Shown: positions 63,411 through 64,000 of the stretch, in pieces
Layout of the letters: each line of letters opens with the position of its first letter
How positions within the stretch are numbered: position 1 is the stretch's first letter
Origin: a virus
Taxonomy: Duplodnaviria > Caudoviricetes
Direction: 5' to 3' (one strand)
DNA: 64,000 bases
Virus record (IMG/VR): IMGVR_UViG_3300002835_000006
Notes under the pieces: model-generated
What the model was told of the DNA's origin: nothing
What the model saw: the letters and a program-made list of their open reading frames with translations, nothing else
Databases searched by the model: none
Translations under genes and position numbers: made by a program

Positions 63411-64000
63411 TTATCTTTTTACGAAAACCCCACCACACAATCCACCGTGAGTGATTTCAAATTTATAATTATTTTTTTCAACCCATTCTCTGAAGGCTAA
63501 TCTTTCATGGTTGTCAAAGTATGATTCCCCGCCATGCCAATCATCAAATCTAATAAAAATTTCATCCCATATACATTTGCTCAAAAAATCTAAGGACGAT
63601 ACAGTCGGTTCATAAATGTCCACGTCAATATTACAAACTGCTACTTTTGAAATACCATAGAAGGATGGTTCGTTTAATTTGTGAACATCTTCTATAATCA
63701 TTTGAATATTTGGGTATGGTACAAATCTTTGTTGTAATTCTTCGATTGATTTGGGTACATTCGGAATATCTTTATAAAGAGGGTTGTAAATTGAAAATGC
63801 CCCTTTTACCCAATCGCTTGTTTGGGGTATACCTTTTTTAGTTTCCTCCAACCCCATAAAATGGTCTATCGTGAAAACTTTTTTATCAGGAAATGAACTT
63901 GCAAGTTCTTTGGTACTTCCTCCGGTGAATGTTCCAAATTCCAAAACGTCGCCAACTAAGTTGTATTTTTTTGAAGTTATGAAACTTTTGATTCCTTGAA
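63411..64000 (-). CDS. TylF/MycF-like O-methyltransferase paralog, 5'-partial
   Basis: Frame is open to the window edge (...KKYNLVGDVLEFGT); shares long identical blocks with the neighbouring gene. Confidence 0.8.
   Translation of the reverse strand, partial: QGIKSFITSKKYNLVGDVLEFGTFTGGSTKELASSFPDKKVFTIDHFMGLEETKKGIPQTSDWVKGAFSIYNPLYKDIPNVPKSIEELQQRFVPYPNIQMIIEDVHKLNEPSFYGISKVAVCNIDVDIYEPTVSSLDFLSKCIWDEIFIRFDDWHGGESYFDNHERLAFREWVEKNNYKFEITHGGLCGGVFVKR

Overview
64-kb window of an AT-rich, T4-like large (probably jumbo) phage genome that appears to infect Bacteroidota. It resembles the freshwater bS21-encoding phages: terminase, portal, an antisense bS21 gene, prohead protease, scaffold and major capsid protein lie together at 36-47.6 kb, and TAnnTTTG host-type promoters occur. 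The accessory left half carries 15 tRNA genes, a tmRNA with an adjacent GIY-YIG endonuclease, ClpP, an N-domain-less ClpC, Hsp20, two carbamoyltransferases and an envelope module (TonB-dependent receptor, beta-barrel, DoxX). The right end holds a gp55-like sigma factor, PhoH and a sugar-synthesis/glycosyl-/methyl-transferase locus. The most striking unexplained signal is at 9920-10068: a 28-codon leader ORF with mutually exclusive antiterminator/terminator helices sits in front of a nine-tRNA array, and a run of 13 consecutive leader codons is read by exactly those nine tRNAs. This looks like a ribosome-mediated attenuator that senses tRNA depletion and switches on the phage's replacement tRNAs. 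Other candidates are a 40-nt CCA-ended tRNA minihelix, a pseudoknotted ncRNA inside the tRNA array and a nucleotidyltransferase-M23-lysozyme-like fusion. Family assignments come from motif recognition only; no database searches were run.
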